From an uncultured archaeon (GTDB lineage: Archaea > Asgardarchaeota > Lokiarchaeia > Sigyniarchaeales > SOKP01), in the NCBI GenBank assembly GCA_964486045.1, contig CAZALK010000014.1, forward strand, positions 1 through 64,000: 64,000 nt of DNA. Direction: 5' to 3'. The notes beneath the pieces are model-generated. The model searched no databases. It had not been told where the DNA came from and saw only the letters and a list, made by a program, of their open reading frames with translations. Numbering within the stretch: position 1 is the stretch's first letter; every line of letters starts with the position of its first letter. Made by a program: the position numbers and the translations under genes. This document shows positions 61,347 to 64,000 of this stretch, piece by piece.

Positions 61347-62840
61347 ATGATAGTTGACGATACAATTGATACTTTTAACTCACTGGTGAAGAGAAGGGGT
61401 TTCATATGGGGTCCTTCTCCAGAAATTTACGGCGGATTAGCTGGTTTTTATTCTTATGGTCCTGCGGGAATGAGACTCAAAAATAATATACTCAACTTAT
61501 TTAGACGTGAATTGCGTTATTTTGGATTTGGTGAGATTGAATGTCCAACTATTATGCCAGAAATAGTATGGAGGGCGTCTGGGCATTTAGAAAGATTTAT
61601 AGACCCGGTACTGAAATGTGAAAATTGTTTTACAATATATCGAGTAGATAAGTTCCTTAAGGAAAATCTTCCTGATCTTATGATTGATGGACTATCCATT
61701 GAGGAAATGGAGATGCTGATTAAAAAACATGAAATAACCTGCCCGAAATGCGAAACAACTTTCTCTAAAATTGAGGAGTATAATTTAATGCTAAAAATTT
61801 CAGTGGGAAATAATGTTACTGCTTACTTACGCCCAGAGACAGCTACTACTACATATTTACTCTTTAATCGGTTGGATCAAGATGCACGAAGGCAGTATCC
61901 AATAAAAATTTTCCAATATGGAAAAGCCTATAGGAATGAAATCTCTCCTAGGCAAGGAGTTCTACGAATGAGGGCATTTGATCAATTTGAGTTGCAAATT
62001 TTTATAAGCAAACAACAAGAAATGGAATTCGAAGATTTTGAGGAAATAAAACACAACATAATTCCATTATTAGATTGGAAATTACAAGAAAAAGGTATAA
62101 ATAAACCAAACTTTGTATCACTTGATAGAGCGATATCAGATAAAATTCTTAAAAAGCCGGCATATGCGTACTGTCTGTATATAGGGTATTATTTAACGAA
62201 GATACTTGAAATTCCAGAAAATGTTGTTCGTTTTAGGCAACATTCAATAAACGAACGAGCACACTATGCTGATGATGCATGGGATATAGAAGTTAACACT
62301 AGGCAATTCGGTTGGGTTGAGATATGTGGAATACACGATCGAACTAATTATGATTTAAGAAGACATGGTGAGTTTTCTAAACAAAACTTTGAAGTTAGTA
62401 TGGGTTCCGACCCTAGTATTAAGGAAATTCCTCAAGTTCTTGAAGTAGCTTTTGGAATTGATAGAATTGTGTATACATTACTTGAAACTACCTTTAATGT
62501 TGAAGAGGGAAGAATAATTCTTAAACTTAATTCCATATTAGCCCCAAATACTGTAGCAGTATTTCCACTTGTGAAAAATAAAGAAAATATTAGAAGATTA
62601 GCATTAAATGTTCACAGAGAATTGTTAAAAAACCGTATAGCTTCTTTTTTTGATGCTGCTGGTTCTATCGGAAAACGGTACAGAAGACAGGACGAATTAG
62701 GTACAAGATGGTGCATTACTATAGATTATGAATCTTTGGATGACAGGACAATAACAATTAGAGAACGTGATTCAATGGAACAAACGCGAATAAAGATATC
62801 TAATCTCTCTCAAACTATTCAAAGGAAGCAAAAAGAATAA
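61347..62840 (+). CDS. glyS: Glycine--tRNA ligase (archaeal/eukaryal dimeric type)
   Basis: KRRGF, YLRPETA, GKAYRNEISPRQG, GSIGKRYRRQDELGT. Confidence 0.96.
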   Translation: MIVDDTIDTFNSLVKRRGFIWGPSPEIYGGLAGFYSYGPAGMRLKNNILNLFRRELRYFGFGEIECPTIMPEIVWRASGHLERFIDPVLKCENCFTIYRVDKFLKENLPDLMIDGLSIEEMEMLIKKHEITCPKCETTFSKIEEYNLMLKISVGNNVTAYLRPETATTTYLLFNRLDQDARRQYPIKIFQYGKAYRNEISPRQGVLRMRAFDQFELQIFISKQQEMEFEDFEEIKHNIIPLLDWKLQEKGINKPNFVSLDRAISDKILKKPAYAYCLYIGYYLTKILEIPENVVRFRQHSINERAHYADDAWDIEVNTRQFGWVEICGIHDRTNYDLRRHGEFSKQNFEVSMGSDPSIKEIPQVLEVAFGIDRIVYTLLETTFNVEEGRIILKLNSILAPNTVAVFPLVKNKENIRRLALNVHRELLKNRIASFFDAAGSIGKRYRRQDELGTRWCITIDYESLDDRTITIRERDSMEQTRIKISNLSQTIQRKQKE

Positions 62841-62971
62841 AATTTCACATTTTTGCCTAATATTAAGATCTTTTTAATCTCATCAGAAAAAATTTTAAAG
62901 AGAAGGATTTTTTAAAAATATAATTTAAAAATATATCTCTTGTTAAAAATATTAATCTTATTCAAATTATA

Positions 62972-64000
62972 ATGAGTTTTTCCAATTTTTTTTCCATCGG
63001 AAAGAAAAGAAACCACCAAAAGCAGATTGTGAAAATATTACTTTGTATTTTCTTTATCCTAATCTTTTCATTCAATATTTTGAATATTATTAATTCTCCA
63101 ACCCAGAAAAATTCCTCTTATGAAAATGTTGATAAAAACGAGACTTCGTTTAATTTTGGTCAAGAAAACCTTGAAACTGCAACAGATCTTTCAATACTTC
63201 AAAATCCCTATAGAGTAAACTTTGATAATATCCGTATTTTCTTTGAAAATAACTATAAGTCTGATTTAAATCCTGATACAACAACCTACTTTAGGTTTGG
63301 AAGTGAAAATGGGACAATCACGGATGATACTGTATACTCAGAAGATAATTTACTTATTTATAATTCATTGTTGAAATCAGAAATTAACCAAACTGCAATG
63401 TTTGATAATTATCTCAAGTTAAAATCAACTCCTTTATGGTATGAGGATACAAGTGAACAGTATGAATATGGTTTTGTAAAGTCTGTTGATAACTCTACAG
63501 GGATAGTAACAGATAGTAATCGGTATTTGGGTGATAATTTATTACCAATTTTCCTATTAATTGACAATATAGGTGAAAATATTGATATCCTTTCTATTAA
63601 TGGACAGAAACCTAAAGAATTGATAGACGAAATATTTTTGCTTATAAGTTCTTCTGAATTTTGGGATAATACTTATAAGGGATTTAAACACTATAATTCG
63701 ACATCGGACAAATATTCAGAAAGCAATTTTTTAAGCATTTTAGCAAATTTACTAATTCATCGCACATATCATCAACTCAATTTGGATGAATCTACTAAAA
63801 TATTGTCTTATTTTTTAGCAAATGAGACAATGGTTTCAATGGATACTAATATGTGGGATATTACAGATAAAGCCTACTATTATTGGGGTGATGAAGACTG
63901 GAGCACCTTAACAGGAGGACAAAGATATATCCATTTAGATGTGAATGCTTTAGGAATTATAACGTTACTTGAATTTTGGATTGAAACTGGTAAGGAAGAC
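62972..64000 (+). CDS. Partial large secreted/membrane-anchored protein (runs off the window)
   Basis: ATG 62972, MSFSNFFSIGKKRNHQKQIVKILLCIFFILIFSFN signal/TM; only the N-terminal part of the frame was translated by hand. Confidence 0.65.
   Translation, partial: MSFSNFFSIGKKRNHQKQIVKILLCIFFILIFSFNILNIINSPTQKNSSYENVDKNETSFNFGQENLETATDLSILQNPYRVNFDNIRIFFENNYKSDLNPDTTTYFRFGSENGTITDDTVYSEDNLLIYNSLLKSEINQTAMFDNYLKLKSTPLWYEDTSEQYEYGFVKSVDNSTGIVTDSNRYLGDNLLPIFLLIDNIGENIDILSINGQKPKELIDEIFLLISSSEFWDNTYKGFKHYNSTSDKYSESNFLSILANLLIHRTYHQLNLDESTKILSYFLANETMVSMDTNMWDITDKAYYYWGDEDWSTLTGGQRYIHLDVNALGIITLLEFWIETGKED

Noticed and set aside
740-61699. Remaining short (60-118 aa) ORFs antisense to or nested in annotated genes
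   Set aside because: They overlap well-supported genes and carry no motifs.

Overview
AT-rich (roughly 30% GC by eye) archaeal chromosomal window, most consistent with Lokiarchaeia (Asgard). The evidence is an archaeal-type GlyRS, a CODH/ACS epsilon subunit, GGTGA-type ribosome-binding sites, a Loki-CTERM-like sorting tail and many TPR and thiolase/DUF35 paralogues. Core content: an ABC exporter, two amidases, GNATs, an orphan N6-methyltransferase-TRD fusion, an acetyl-cycle arginine cluster (argH, argJBDCG plus a stand-alone Lrp/RAM domain), a Cys-less thiolase/DUF35/BKACE/acyl-CoA dehydrogenase catabolic cluster, glpD, amrS and glyS. Three things stand out. (1) A ~12.5 kb island is bracketed by two diverged copies of the glpD 3' end. 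It encodes a membrane-anchored degenerate HerA/VirB4-like ATPase (split by one in-frame TAG), an intact HerA/VirB4-like ATPase, and a 1421-aa protein with acidic DPF repeats and a tandem LAGLIDADG domain. (2) An unannotated 23-codon leader ORF ending in rare Arg codons lies in front of argJ and is followed by oligo-U tracts, a candidate arginine attenuator in an archaeon. (3) Two covarying copies of a ~140-nt structured element lie upstream of an ArdC-like gene remnant. No rRNA, tRNA, CRISPR array, integrase or transposase was recognised. All product calls come from motif recognition by eye, not from database searches.
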